This document shows, piece by piece, positions 30,124-39,939 of a DNA stretch of 64,000 bases (position 1 is its first letter; each line of letters starts with the position of its first letter). Position numbers and translations under genes: made by a program. Origin of the DNA: Gemmatimonadaceae bacterium (GTDB lineage: Bacteria > Gemmatimonadota > Gemmatimonadetes > Gemmatimonadales > Gemmatimonadaceae); the NCBI GenBank assembly GCA_044224875.1, contig JBGAJQ010000006.1, positions 32,001-96,000 of the forward strand, written 5' to 3'. The notes under the pieces are model-generated. The model had not been told where the DNA came from. It saw nothing but the letters and a program-made list of their open reading frames with translations, and searched no databases.

Positions 30124-31949
30124 GCGCGCGAGTCGGCTCCGACACCCCCGTCGACCGCGACGGGGCGACGGGGCCTACCCTGTTCGGCTTCGTTGCGGTG
30201 GCGACGATGTGGACGGCGCTCGTGGCTGGGGTTGGGCAGGGGTTGATCACCGCGGTGGACGTCCACCTGCGGCATCGCATCGTGTACGCCAGTCGAGACG
30301 TCTACTGGATGGCCCCGCTGTCGTACCTGATCATGCTCGCCGCCCTATCTGTCACATTACTCGTCGTGGTCGCGCCCATTTCGCGCCGGACGGGACAGCG
30401 AGTCGTGCTTACGACGCTGACCTGGTGCGCCCTCTTCTCCCTGACGCTTCCCTACGGCCACATCGCGCGGTGGGCGTCGGCCGTACTGACGTTAGGCCTG
30501 GCGGTCGCTGTTGGTCGCTGGTTGCTGGACAATCCTGCGAAGGGCGCGCGCCGCAGGCGCGGGCAAGCCATGGCACTCGGTGCGGCGGTGCTGTTGGTTG
30601 GCGCCGGCACCCGCATCGCACGGTCGCGCGACACGGCCCGGGCCGTCGCGGCACTTCCAGCGCCTCCTTCCGGAGCGCCTAACGTCTTACTGATCATATT
30701 GGATACGGTGCGCGCCGCCAGCATGCATCTCTACGGGTTCGAGCGCGAGAACACGCCGGTGCTCGACTCGCTGGCGGCCTCATCGACCGTGTTCGATAAC
30801 GCCATCGCCACGGCCCCGTGGACGCTGCCGTCGCATGCTTCAATGTTCACGGGTCGGTATCCGGCCACGTTACCGGCGAACTACGTCACTCCGCTCGACA
30901 CGCGACACACCACACTGTCTGAGCTGCTGGCATCCCAGGGCTACCTGACCGCCGGCTTCGTCGCAAATCATCACTACACGGGATACGACACGGGACTGGC
31001 GCGCGGATTTGCGCTGTACGAGGACTACAAGGTCTCGTTGACGCAGTTGATACGAACGTCGTGGACCGCCCAGGCGCTGTCGTACTACTTTCCCTCGGCC
31101 TTCGGACTCCATACGACCGCGGCGCAGAGTGACATGGAAAAGACGCTCAGTATTCCTCCAAAGACCTGGGCGGACTTGAAGCGGGGAAGTGAGGTCGTCG
31201 ACGAGTTTCTGCAGTGGGAGACCGAGCGACGAGAGCGTCCGTACTTCGCGTTTCTCAACTTCTACGACGCGCATGACCCGCGTTATGCACCTCCTGACAT
31301 CCGGCGCCAGTTTGTGTCACGGTATCCCAACCGGGACTGGTACGACGCCTCGATCGCCTACATGGATCGGGAGCTCGGACGGTTGTTCGACACGCTTCGG
31401 CGTCAAGGCACCCTCGACCGTACGGTCGTGATTGTTGCTTCAGATCACGGCGAGCTATTCGGCAACCACCGATTATGGGGCCATGCAAACAGCCTGTACC
31501 TCGACGTACTGCGCGTCCCATTGCTGGTGCGGTATCCACCGCGTGTGCGCGCGGGGCTCCGCGTGACCCGGCCCGTTTCGTTGCGCGATCTCACCGCGAC
31601 GATCACGGATCTGGCGTCTGTCCCACGAACACAATGGTTGCCCGGTACATCACTCGTTCCCGTGATGGAAGGAAAGGACAGCGTTGCCCTGAGCCCTGCC
31701 GTATCCTACGCACATCGCACGATCAATCTGCCAACGAAGTTTCCTGCCGCCCGAGGAGACATGTTCAGCGTCATTGACGACTCCCTGCACTACATCAGGA
31801 ACCTGGGAGATGGCGGTCAGGAGCTCTTCAACTGGAAGTCAGACGCCCGTGAGGAGACCGATCACGTGAAGAATCCTGCGTACGCACAGGCCGCGGAGCG
31901 GCTGCGCACCATGACCCACGATTCCCTGGTCGGCGGCACCCGGCGATGA
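30120..31949 (+). CDS. 5-TM sulfatase-like / LtaS-like AP-superfamily protein, paralog 1
   Basis: ATGA overlap with the MBOAT stop. PNVLLIILDTVRA, WTLPSHASMFTG, DAHDP and SDHGELFG. Confidence 0.85.
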   Translation: MSARVGSDTPVDRDGATGPTLFGFVAVATMWTALVAGVGQGLITAVDVHLRHRIVYASRDVYWMAPLSYLIMLAALSVTLLVVVAPISRRTGQRVVLTTLTWCALFSLTLPYGHIARWASAVLTLGLAVAVGRWLLDNPAKGARRRRGQAMALGAAVLLVGAGTRIARSRDTARAVAALPAPPSGAPNVLLIILDTVRAASMHLYGFERENTPVLDSLAASSTVFDNAIATAPWTLPSHASMFTGRYPATLPANYVTPLDTRHTTLSELLASQGYLTAGFVANHHYTGYDTGLARGFALYEDYKVSLTQLIRTSWTAQALSYYFPSAFGLHTTAAQSDMEKTLSIPPKTWADLKRGSEVVDEFLQWETERRERPYFAFLNFYDAHDPRYAPPDIRRQFVSRYPNRDWYDASIAYMDRELGRLFDTLRRQGTLDRTVVIVASDHGELFGNHRLWGHANSLYLDVLRVPLLVRYPPRVRAGLRVTRPVSLRDLTATITDLASVPRTQWLPGTSLVPVMEGKDSVALSPAVSYAHRTINLPTKFPAARGDMFSVIDDSLHYIRNLGDGGQELFNWKSDAREETDHVKNPAYAQAAERLRTMTHDSLVGGTRR

Positions 31950-33817
31950 GCGCAGCACCAGTTCCCGTTCCTAACGATCCGATGCCTGTCGCCAACGCAT
32001 CAGCGCCACCGCGCGAGTTGGCATCGCGGGCGGTTCGGGTGCGCGAGATCCTCCTGCTGTGGTTCTTCTGGTCGCTGGTAACAGCGGCGTGGCACGTCAA
32101 CAAGATGACCATCAAGCAGTACATCCTGCATCGGTTCACGTGGGCGCCCCGGGACCTGTTATGGATGTCGCCGGTCGGAAACTTGATCATGATCGGCATT
32201 CCGACCGTGATCCTGGTGATCCTGGCCTTGGTCTCGCCGCGACTGGTCCCTCGCTGGCTGGCGGCCTTTATCCCGGCCTTTCTGGCGTCGATCGGCATGA
32301 TCCTCATTGTGCCGGGACTCGAGAACTACGCGATCTGGGTGCTGGCGTTAGGCGTAGGCGCACAAACTGCTCGAGTCATCGGGGGGGCGTCGGGCGTACG
32401 CTGGCTCCCGCGACTCAAGGTCGCTTCGGTCGTGCTCGCCGCGCTGTTCCTCGTCGTCGGTACCGCAAGTCGCGTGTGGCGCAACACGGCGGAGTGGCGG
32501 TGGGACCGTGGAGCGGCCGCCGCGCCAGCTGGCGCGCCCAATGTGCTGATCCTGCTGTTGGACACGGTGCGCGCGCAGAGCCTGGGCCTGTACGGCTACA
32601 CGCGTGCCACGTCGCCGTCGATTGATTCACTCGTGCCTGACGCGACAGTCTTCAATCAGGCGTTCGCGACCGCTGGATGGACGCTGCCCTCGCACTGCTC
32701 CTTCTTCACCGGGCGCTATCCGGCGAACCATTCCTGCCGTTGGGAAGACGCACTCGATGCGACGCCGCGGACTGTGGCGGAGGTCTTCCGCGATCACGGA
32801 TATCGCACGGCGGGCTTCGCGGCGAACCTCTTTTACACGACGCACGAGACCGGCATTGCCCGTGGCTTCAATCGGTGGGAGGACTTCAAGGTCAGCTTCA
32901 AGCAGATCCTCTGCTCGTCCACCCTGGCTCAAACGGCAATGGTGCGCAACACCGTCTGGGACACGTTGGCGACGGATCGCTACGAGGCGCTCCGGCTCTT
33001 CCTCTTAAAGGGTGATCCCAAACCGGAGGTCGACCGTCGGAGCGCGCGTGAAGTGGCCACGCCGTTCATCAACTGGTTAGGCAGCGATGCCAAGCGCCCG
33101 TTTTTTGCCTACCTGAACTTCTTCGATGCGCACGAGCCGTATGCACCCGCGGAAGGGTATGCCGCCCATTTCGTCAAGGAAAAGCCGTCGGAGAAGGACC
33201 GGTACGACGGAGGCATTGCGTTCATGGATAACCAGGTGGGACGCGTCCTCGGCGAGCTACGCCAGCGCGGCATCCTCGATAACACGCTGGTGGTCGTGAT
33301 GGGGGACCACGGGGAACAGTTCGGGGAGCACAGTCTGAGCACCCATGGCAACAGCCTGTACATCCAACTGCTGCACGTGCCGCTCCTGATGCGGTTACCA
33401 GGGAAGGTCCCAGCCGGAGTGCGTGTGGATCGGGCCGTGACCCTTCGCGATTTCCCAAGGACCTTGTTGGACGTGGCTGGCATCCAGGACACGAAGGGGA
33501 TCTTTGGAAGCTCACTCCTCCCGGCGATCACTGACTCGAGCAAGGTAACGAGCGCCATCATCGCTGAGACCGAGCAGACGGCCAAGTGGAACGGAGTGCC
33601 AACTCATTTTGCCGCCATGTCGTCCGCGCTGGACCAGCAGTACCACTACATCAAGGGGTACAAGGGTCAGGAATGGCTGTTCGACTTCCGCGCTGATCCG
33701 CAGGAAGAGAAGGATCTCGTGGCGGACAGCGCGCAGGCGGCGACATTGGAACGAATGCGCGCGGAGCTGGCCAACCACGGCAAGACCAGCAAGGCGCCGG
33801 CGCCCGAGAGCAAGTAG
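31946..33817 (+). CDS. 5-TM sulfatase-like / LtaS-like protein, paralog 2
   Basis: PNVLILLLDTVRA, WTLPSHCSFFTG, DAHEPY, GDHGEQFGEH. Confidence 0.85.
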   Translation: MSAAPVPVPNDPMPVANASAPPRELASRAVRVREILLLWFFWSLVTAAWHVNKMTIKQYILHRFTWAPRDLLWMSPVGNLIMIGIPTVILVILALVSPRLVPRWLAAFIPAFLASIGMILIVPGLENYAIWVLALGVGAQTARVIGGASGVRWLPRLKVASVVLAALFLVVGTASRVWRNTAEWRWDRGAAAAPAGAPNVLILLLDTVRAQSLGLYGYTRATSPSIDSLVPDATVFNQAFATAGWTLPSHCSFFTGRYPANHSCRWEDALDATPRTVAEVFRDHGYRTAGFAANLFYTTHETGIARGFNRWEDFKVSFKQILCSSTLAQTAMVRNTVWDTLATDRYEALRLFLLKGDPKPEVDRRSAREVATPFINWLGSDAKRPFFAYLNFFDAHEPYAPAEGYAAHFVKEKPSEKDRYDGGIAFMDNQVGRVLGELRQRGILDNTLVVVMGDHGEQFGEHSLSTHGNSLYIQLLHVPLLMRLPGKVPAGVRVDRAVTLRDFPRTLLDVAGIQDTKGIFGSSLLPAITDSSKVTSAIIAETEQTAKWNGVPTHFAAMSSALDQQYHYIKGYKGQEWLFDFRADPQEEKDLVADSAQAATLERMRAELANHGKTSKAPAPESK

Positions 33818-33860
33818 CGCCGAGCGGAGCGCCCGTCGCGGCGTAGACCGGGGCGACGGC

Positions 33861-35876
33861 CTAACGTGAAGTTGGCGTGTTTGGAGTGGAGGCCGGTGCG
33901 TTGCCGCCTGCCTCGCCGCCGGTGGCCGGCAGCGGCGTCGTGAGCCGCGCCAAGGTATCGGTCACCGTTTGTGCCGTGGAGGCGATGCACGCCCGGTCGT
34001 GTTGCACAGAGCGCGTACCGCCCGAGTCACGGCAGGCGAGCCACGGTCGGAAGGGCGTCCACGGGTTTGGCCAGCGAATCGGCGCCCACGCCCCGTCATC
34101 CGTGATGAACCCCGCGGCAATGTCAGCGGGATTTCGCAGTCGAAGGTTTGGCGCGGGATGCGGCGTACACATGACGGACGATTGCCAGCACAGGTTGTTC
34201 TGCCGCGGCACGACTACGGCAAGTCCCGAGCGCGTGGTGTAGCTGACGAGATCGGCGCGAGCCGGTGGATGAAACCCAAAGTCTTCGCCGGGCGGTATGA
34301 TCTGGCCGGCGATGGCCCGAACGCCCCCGCGTTTGTTGGAGGGTCCGCCGCTGCCGGCGACCGCCAGACTCCCCACCGTGATCGCAAGGCATGCACCAAG
34401 GAACACGCCGATTCGTCGCATGAATCCCTGATGCAATGCCTCGTTGACCTGCAGCGTGGCGATCAGTGCGGCCCCTACCGCGGCGGTCATGATCCACAAC
34501 GGTCCCATGCCAAATCGCGGATGTGGTGCCGCAAAGAACCAAAAGACCACGCCGGCCGCTGCAGGGAGCAGCAGCAGCCAGGGTCGCCCGTCGTCAGGGC
34601 CAACGCGGGCACGACGCCGGATCAAGAGCGCCACGCCGAGAACCGCCGTCAGAAAGACGGGGATCGGTACCATGAAGATGAACTGGACGTCCGTGAGCAA
34701 CTCGTAGGTCCACGACCCGATCCAGTCAAAGCCGGCTACAATGCGATTGTGGTTCAACTCGTGCGCGCTCATGCGAATCCACGCCGCCTCGGCCCGCGCC
34801 TGTGCGACGGGCACGCGCCAGACGACCGGAAACCCGAACAGCGTGGACGGATACACCGGGTATCCACTGAGGATGACGCCCCGCGCCATCCATACGAAGC
34901 CCATGAGCACGGGCGCGAGCGTCGCGAGCACGCCAACCGGCAGTCGGCGTCGGAGCGCATCCCGGAACGTCCACAACGCGGCGAGAAAGAGGGCAGCCGA
35001 CAACACGACGGCGCTCAGCTTCGCGCAAATTGCGGCCGCAACCACCAGGGCGATCGTCGCGAAGTGGCTTCGCTGCACGTCGTCGCCGACTGTCCCTGGA
35101 GCCGTCAGTGATCGGTGCAAGCGGGACGCGGCCGCCATCAACATCAGGGCGACCGGCATATCGGTGTCGAGCGAGCTGATTTCACTGCCGATCAGCAGTC
35201 CCGCGACCGGTATCAGAAGAAGTGCATCGAAGACATCGGCTCGGCTGGGTTTGATCCGCGGTGAAGTCAGGTGCGACCACGCGAGCACTCCCTGCAGGCC
35301 AAACACGATGAGGAGGAGGCTGTTGGCAACGTGGAAGGAGCGCTCACTCAACGGTCCATGGTCCAGCATTGCGGCGAACAACAAACCGGCCGAGTTGAAT
35401 GCCAGCCTGCCATGGAGATTTCCCAGGCCAGGAACCACGGGGTAAGACTTCGCCCAATTCACCACCGGCAGGTGGTACATGCCACTGTCGTACAGGGTCA
35501 CGGGCCCAATGGCATGGTTTGCGGTCCAGAGCAGGAGAACGACGGTCAGTGCGACGCCCACGCGCACGCCTTGCCACGGCCGCGTGGCGAGCCAGCCTTC
35601 TAGAGATGGGCGTTGCGTGACGAGGCCCACGAGACCTAACGAGATGACCAGCGTCAGCGAGATCGCATTCACTGGCAGCCACAGATTCCACAGCTGCAGT
35701 AAGAACAGGGAGGCTGCTAGGCCGCCCCAAAAAGCGAAGAGCACCTGATGGGGTCCGGCTGGGGCCGCTGTAAACAAGCGCCGGTACGCCAGCCCTAACC
35801 CCACCAACGCGAGTCCCACGATGGCCCAAGTCCCTATGACGGCGGCTTGCGCGACGACAAATTGAAGGAGGGTCAT
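33861..35876 (-). CDS. Polytopic membrane protein, possibly GT-C fold (resembles the LIC_10190-type family)
   Basis: Many TM segments. Loop LYDSGMYH..WAK..VVPGLGNLHGRLAFN, KLS and LSGYPxYPS. Paralog of 45337-47244. Confidence 0.6.
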   Translation of the reverse strand: MTLLQFVVAQAAVIGTWAIVGLALVGLGLAYRRLFTAAPAGPHQVLFAFWGGLAASLFLLQLWNLWLPVNAISLTLVISLGLVGLVTQRPSLEGWLATRPWQGVRVGVALTVVLLLWTANHAIGPVTLYDSGMYHLPVVNWAKSYPVVPGLGNLHGRLAFNSAGLLFAAMLDHGPLSERSFHVANSLLLIVFGLQGVLAWSHLTSPRIKPSRADVFDALLLIPVAGLLIGSEISSLDTDMPVALMLMAAASRLHRSLTAPGTVGDDVQRSHFATIALVVAAAICAKLSAVVLSAALFLAALWTFRDALRRRLPVGVLATLAPVLMGFVWMARGVILSGYPVYPSTLFGFPVVWRVPVAQARAEAAWIRMSAHELNHNRIVAGFDWIGSWTYELLTDVQFIFMVPIPVFLTAVLGVALLIRRRARVGPDDGRPWLLLLPAAAGVVFWFFAAPHPRFGMGPLWIMTAAVGAALIATLQVNEALHQGFMRRIGVFLGACLAITVGSLAVAGSGGPSNKRGGVRAIAGQIIPPGEDFGFHPPARADLVSYTTRSGLAVVVPRQNNLCWQSSVMCTPHPAPNLRLRNPADIAAGFITDDGAWAPIRWPNPWTPFRPWLACRDSGGTRSVQHDRACIASTAQTVTDTLARLTTPLPATGGEAGGNAPASTPNTPTSR

Positions 35877-36257
35877 CCGGGTCGAGTGGGATTTTCGGGA
35901 AGTTCGGCTGGTCTAGCAGACGAGCTGATTGCCGCTAGGGAGCATCCGCAATTGGCGTTCCGGGCGTGCGGTTGTGATGGGGCAATCGACTCTGCCCAAA
36001 CGACATACGAATGCAGGGTGGCGTGACTCAGACGCCAGTGACCCAGTCCTTTCCGGGGAATTGGGAGGGGTCGCGGTGCCGGATTTGCGTATGGATCGGT
36101 CGAAAGCTCGGCTGCAGTCCCCCCATTCAGTTGCCATTTGAGAAATCGCCGCGGCGGGACCGATTCCTGCAGCGGCGACTGCGTTCTCGAAGCGGGTCCC
36201 TTCGAATTCCAAGTCCACTGGCTTTTATGAGCGTACGTCGTGGGTAGTCCTGTTTCA

Positions 36258-38090
36258 ATGAATGCCGACCGTGGCCGCCCAAGAGAAGTTCTGGGTTTGG
36301 CAGTCACGGGGGCGCTGCTTTCCGCGGCGATTTATGTCGGCGTTGTTGGCTATCGCCACTTTGTCGCGCAGACGTTTGTCCCTGCCAGTCGCGATTCGGC
36401 GTGGATGTCGCCGTTGTCGTACTTGCTGTTCTTCCTCATTCCAGCGCTTCCGGTCGCCCTCTTCGTTCGCCGGCGCACCCGGTCGCAGGGAGTGAGGGCC
36501 GGGGTGATTCTGTCGGTCGGCCTAACGGTGTTTGCCGTGCTCTTGCCACAGACGGCGATCCATCGGGTGGCGGCCGTGGTACTCGCCATCGGCGCCGGCA
36601 TTGCTGTGGCGCGGGTCGTGGCGTCGCGTCCGGATGCATGGATGCCAAGGATTCGCGCATTTCGCCGGATACTGCTGGCCGTCGTGGTGGTGGTGGGTGT
36701 GACGAGTCCGGCGTATCGCGCCTGGTCCACGCGCCGCGCGTACGCGGCCTTGCCGCCGCTGGCGGATGGCGCGGCACCTAACGTCTTGTTGATCATTCTC
36801 GACACCGTGCGTGCGGCCTCGCTCAGTTTGTATGGATACGAGCGGCCCACCACGCCGGAGATCGACGCCTTCGCGAAGCGCGGCGTGGTGTTCGATTGGG
36901 CGATGTCGGCGTCGCCGTGGACGTTGCCGTCTCACGCGTCGATGATGACGGGGCAGTACGTTGGGCGATTGTCCACCGGATTCACGCAAACCCTCGACGC
37001 AGCGGAACCGACCATCGCCGAACTGTTTCAGGCGCGAGGCTATGAGACGGTTGGCGTGATTGCGAACCAGCATTACACCGCGTGGGACTCGGGACTGCAA
37101 CGCGGCTTTCTGTACTACTCCGACTTTCCGCGCACGTTCGTGCAGCTCTTGAAGAGTTCGTGGTACGGGCAAACCGTCATCGCCAACGACCTGTATCGGG
37201 CACGCTCGTTCAACGATGTGCTGAAGACGCTTCGCCAGTTCAAACTATACGTGGTGCCAAAACCCGCCGGGGATGAGCACACGGCGACCGATATTACGAC
37301 GGACTTTCTGGCTTGGCATTCCAAGCGCCAGGCGCGTCCGTACTTTGCGTTCCTGAACTACTACGACGCGCACGCTCCCTACACTCCCACCAGGAAGTGG
37401 CGCAACAAGTTCTCGCAGGCTCCCAAGTCGAAGGACCTGTACGAAGCCGAGATCGCCTACATCGATTCCGAGGTCGGGCGATTGCTCAGGACCCTCGAGT
37501 CGCGTGGGGCGCTGAAAAACACAGTCGTTGTGATCACGGCGGACCATGGAGAGCAGTTTGGCGAACACAAGCTGCACGGGCACGGCAACAGCGTGTATCT
37601 CCCCTTGCTGCATGTACCCCTGGTGGTGGTGAATCCGGAGCAGGTGCCGGCAGGGGTGCGCGTGCCGCGCACGGTGTCGTTGCGCGACCTGCCGGCCACA
37701 CTCGCGCAGCTGACGGGGCTGGACGCCGAGGTGCAGCTGCCGGGAACGACTCTCGCACCGTTCTGGACCTCCGATAGCACGGCCCGTGGGAGCACGGCGC
37801 TCTCGGAGTTGTATCGCTCGGACGACCTCACTCCTCCCACCGACATTCAGCGATCGCGACAGTACGCCGTGGTCGACGACACGTGGCACCTGGTGTGGCG
37901 CACAAACGCGAAGCCGGAGTTGTACGGGTACCGCGGCGACATGCTGGAGACCAAGAACCAGGCCGACTCCTCGAACGGTCCAACGTTGGTGCAGGCGATG
38001 CAAGCTCGGCTGAAAGAGGAACTTGCACGAGACACGGTACGGACGGTCATTGACCGGCGCCGCGCGGTCTCAACGCGTCCCATCCCGTAA
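36258..38090 (+). CDS. 5-TM sulfatase-like / LtaS-like protein, paralog 3
   Basis: PNVLLIILDTVRA, WTLPSHASMMTG, DAHAPY, ADHGEQFGEH. Start uncertain (36240 or 36258). Confidence 0.85.
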   Translation: MNADRGRPREVLGLAVTGALLSAAIYVGVVGYRHFVAQTFVPASRDSAWMSPLSYLLFFLIPALPVALFVRRRTRSQGVRAGVILSVGLTVFAVLLPQTAIHRVAAVVLAIGAGIAVARVVASRPDAWMPRIRAFRRILLAVVVVVGVTSPAYRAWSTRRAYAALPPLADGAAPNVLLIILDTVRAASLSLYGYERPTTPEIDAFAKRGVVFDWAMSASPWTLPSHASMMTGQYVGRLSTGFTQTLDAAEPTIAELFQARGYETVGVIANQHYTAWDSGLQRGFLYYSDFPRTFVQLLKSSWYGQTVIANDLYRARSFNDVLKTLRQFKLYVVPKPAGDEHTATDITTDFLAWHSKRQARPYFAFLNYYDAHAPYTPTRKWRNKFSQAPKSKDLYEAEIAYIDSEVGRLLRTLESRGALKNTVVVITADHGEQFGEHKLHGHGNSVYLPLLHVPLVVVNPEQVPAGVRVPRTVSLRDLPATLAQLTGLDAEVQLPGTTLAPFWTSDSTARGSTALSELYRSDDLTPPTDIQRSRQYAVVDDTWHLVWRTNAKPELYGYRGDMLETKNQADSSNGPTLVQAMQARLKEELARDTVRTVIDRRRAVSTRPIP

Positions 38091-38096
38091 CTGCGC

Positions 38097-39923
38097 ATGG
38101 CAACCAGACAGACCCTGATGCAGAAAGTTCGCGACGTGCTGTGGATCTACGGCGGGACAGCCATGGTGGCGACCCTGTACTTCCTGCTGCGGTCAGCGGG
38201 TTACCTGACGATTGGCGGAGGATTTGCGACCGTCAGCCGCGACGTGCTGTGGATGGCTCCACTCTCGCACCTGTTCTTCTTCGCCCCCTTTGCGGTTCTG
38301 GCCGCTGCGGTGTCCCTGGTGGTGTCTCGCGACACGGGGGTGCGAGGCGCCGTTCTCATCCTCGGCACGCTGGTCGTTTTTGGCGCGCTGATGCCGTGGA
38401 CACAACTCACGCGCCTGGCTGCGTTGCTGCTGTCGATTGGGTTCACCGTGCAGCTGATGCGGTTGTTGCCGAAGGACGCCGATCGCCTGGTGGCGCTGGG
38501 ACGCCGATGGACCGTCGGCATGCTGACGCTTTGCGCCGGTCTGGCGATCGTCGTTGGTGTTGGCCGATGGTTCTCGCATCGTCGCGCCGTGTCGGCCTTG
38601 CCGGCTGCTCCGACCGGCGCCCCGAATGTCCTGCTGATCATCCTCGATACCGTGCGTGGGTCGGGGTTGAGCCTGTACGGCTACTCGCGCCAGACGTCGC
38701 CTGAACTCGATGCCTTCGCCAAGGGAGGAACGGTCTTCGAAACCGCCATCTCGGCGGCGCCGTGGACGTTGCCCTCGCACGCGTCGATGTTCACCGGGCG
38801 CTACCCAGCCTGGTTGAGCACGGACTTCGAGCGAAAACTCGATCGCAAGGAACCAACGCTGGCGGAGGTCCTGAGCCGCGCGGGATACTCGACCGTCGGG
38901 ATCGCGGCCAACATGGGCTACGCGAGCTGGGAATCGGGACTGGAGCGCGGTTTCGTCGAGTACCACGACTACCCGGTCAATCTCGAGCAGATCCTGCGAT
39001 CGTCCCTTTATGGATCCTCGACGATCGCTGACCGATGGTACCGGGCGAAGTCGAACCAGGAAAAATTGCAGCTGATCAAGCAGGCCCGTTTTGACGTGAT
39101 GCCGAAGCATGCGCACTACTTGATGGATGCCCGCGAGGTCACGGACAAGTTCCTGGATTGGCGTTCGCACCGGGATGCCGCACGTCCGTATTTTGCGTTC
39201 CTCAACTACTTCGACGCGCACGATCCCTACACGCCACCGGATTCCTTGCGTCGCAAGTTCGCGAAGCCGCCCAAGCAGCGCGACTTGTACGACGCCGAGA
39301 TCTACTTCATGGACAGCCAGTTGGGCCGCCTGTTCAAGGAGCTGGAGAGTCGCGGTGACCTCAAGAACACGCTGGTGATCGTGTCGGCCGACCATGGCGA
39401 GCACTTTGGTGAGCGCGGATTGATTCGGCACGCAAACAGCGTGTACACGCCGCTGGTGCACGTACCGCTCGTGCTTCGCTTCGATGGCAAGGTGCCGGCG
39501 GGGCAGCGTGTGGAGAAGCCAGTTTCGCTGCGCGACATTGGGAAGACCATTCTTGACTTGGCGGGTCTTCAGGGCAGGACGGCATTTCCAGGCGCTTCAC
39601 TCGCTCATGCCTGGTCGGCGACGCCGGACTCGTTGAGTGCGCCGATTGCCCTGTTGAGTCGCGTGAGCGAGGACGATCCGTCGCAGCCGGCGGGCGATTC
39701 CACCATGATTGGCGCGTTCGACGCGCAGTGGCACCTGGTGCGCGTCTCACCGCGGGCGATGGAGGAGATGTTCCAGTACAAGCGGGACACGAACGAGACC
39801 GAGAACCTGATTGGCTCCGACTCGGCGCGCGTGGTGGCGCCGGTGCTGCGGGACTTGATGAAGTCGGCGATGCTGGCTGACCGTCCAACGCATCGCGTCC
39901 CTGCGCCAAAGGGAAAGAAGTGA
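38097..39923 (+). CDS. 5-TM sulfatase-like / LtaS-like protein, paralog 4
   Basis: PNVLLIILDTVRG, WTLPSHASMFTG, DAHDPY, ADHGEHFGE. Confidence 0.85.
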   Translation: MATRQTLMQKVRDVLWIYGGTAMVATLYFLLRSAGYLTIGGGFATVSRDVLWMAPLSHLFFFAPFAVLAAAVSLVVSRDTGVRGAVLILGTLVVFGALMPWTQLTRLAALLLSIGFTVQLMRLLPKDADRLVALGRRWTVGMLTLCAGLAIVVGVGRWFSHRRAVSALPAAPTGAPNVLLIILDTVRGSGLSLYGYSRQTSPELDAFAKGGTVFETAISAAPWTLPSHASMFTGRYPAWLSTDFERKLDRKEPTLAEVLSRAGYSTVGIAANMGYASWESGLERGFVEYHDYPVNLEQILRSSLYGSSTIADRWYRAKSNQEKLQLIKQARFDVMPKHAHYLMDAREVTDKFLDWRSHRDAARPYFAFLNYFDAHDPYTPPDSLRRKFAKPPKQRDLYDAEIYFMDSQLGRLFKELESRGDLKNTLVIVSADHGEHFGERGLIRHANSVYTPLVHVPLVLRFDGKVPAGQRVEKPVSLRDIGKTILDLAGLQGRTAFPGASLAHAWSATPDSLSAPIALLSRVSEDDPSQPAGDSTMIGAFDAQWHLVRVSPRAMEEMFQYKRDTNETENLIGSDSARVVAPVLRDLMKSAMLADRPTHRVPAPKGKK

Positions 39924-39939
39924 CCAGCGTGGCGCGGTC

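Noticed and set aside
38193..39461. 422-aa minus-strand ORF and similar long antisense or alternate-frame ORFs
   Set aside because: Shadows of well-supported genes, with Arg/Ala/Pro-rich low-information translations.
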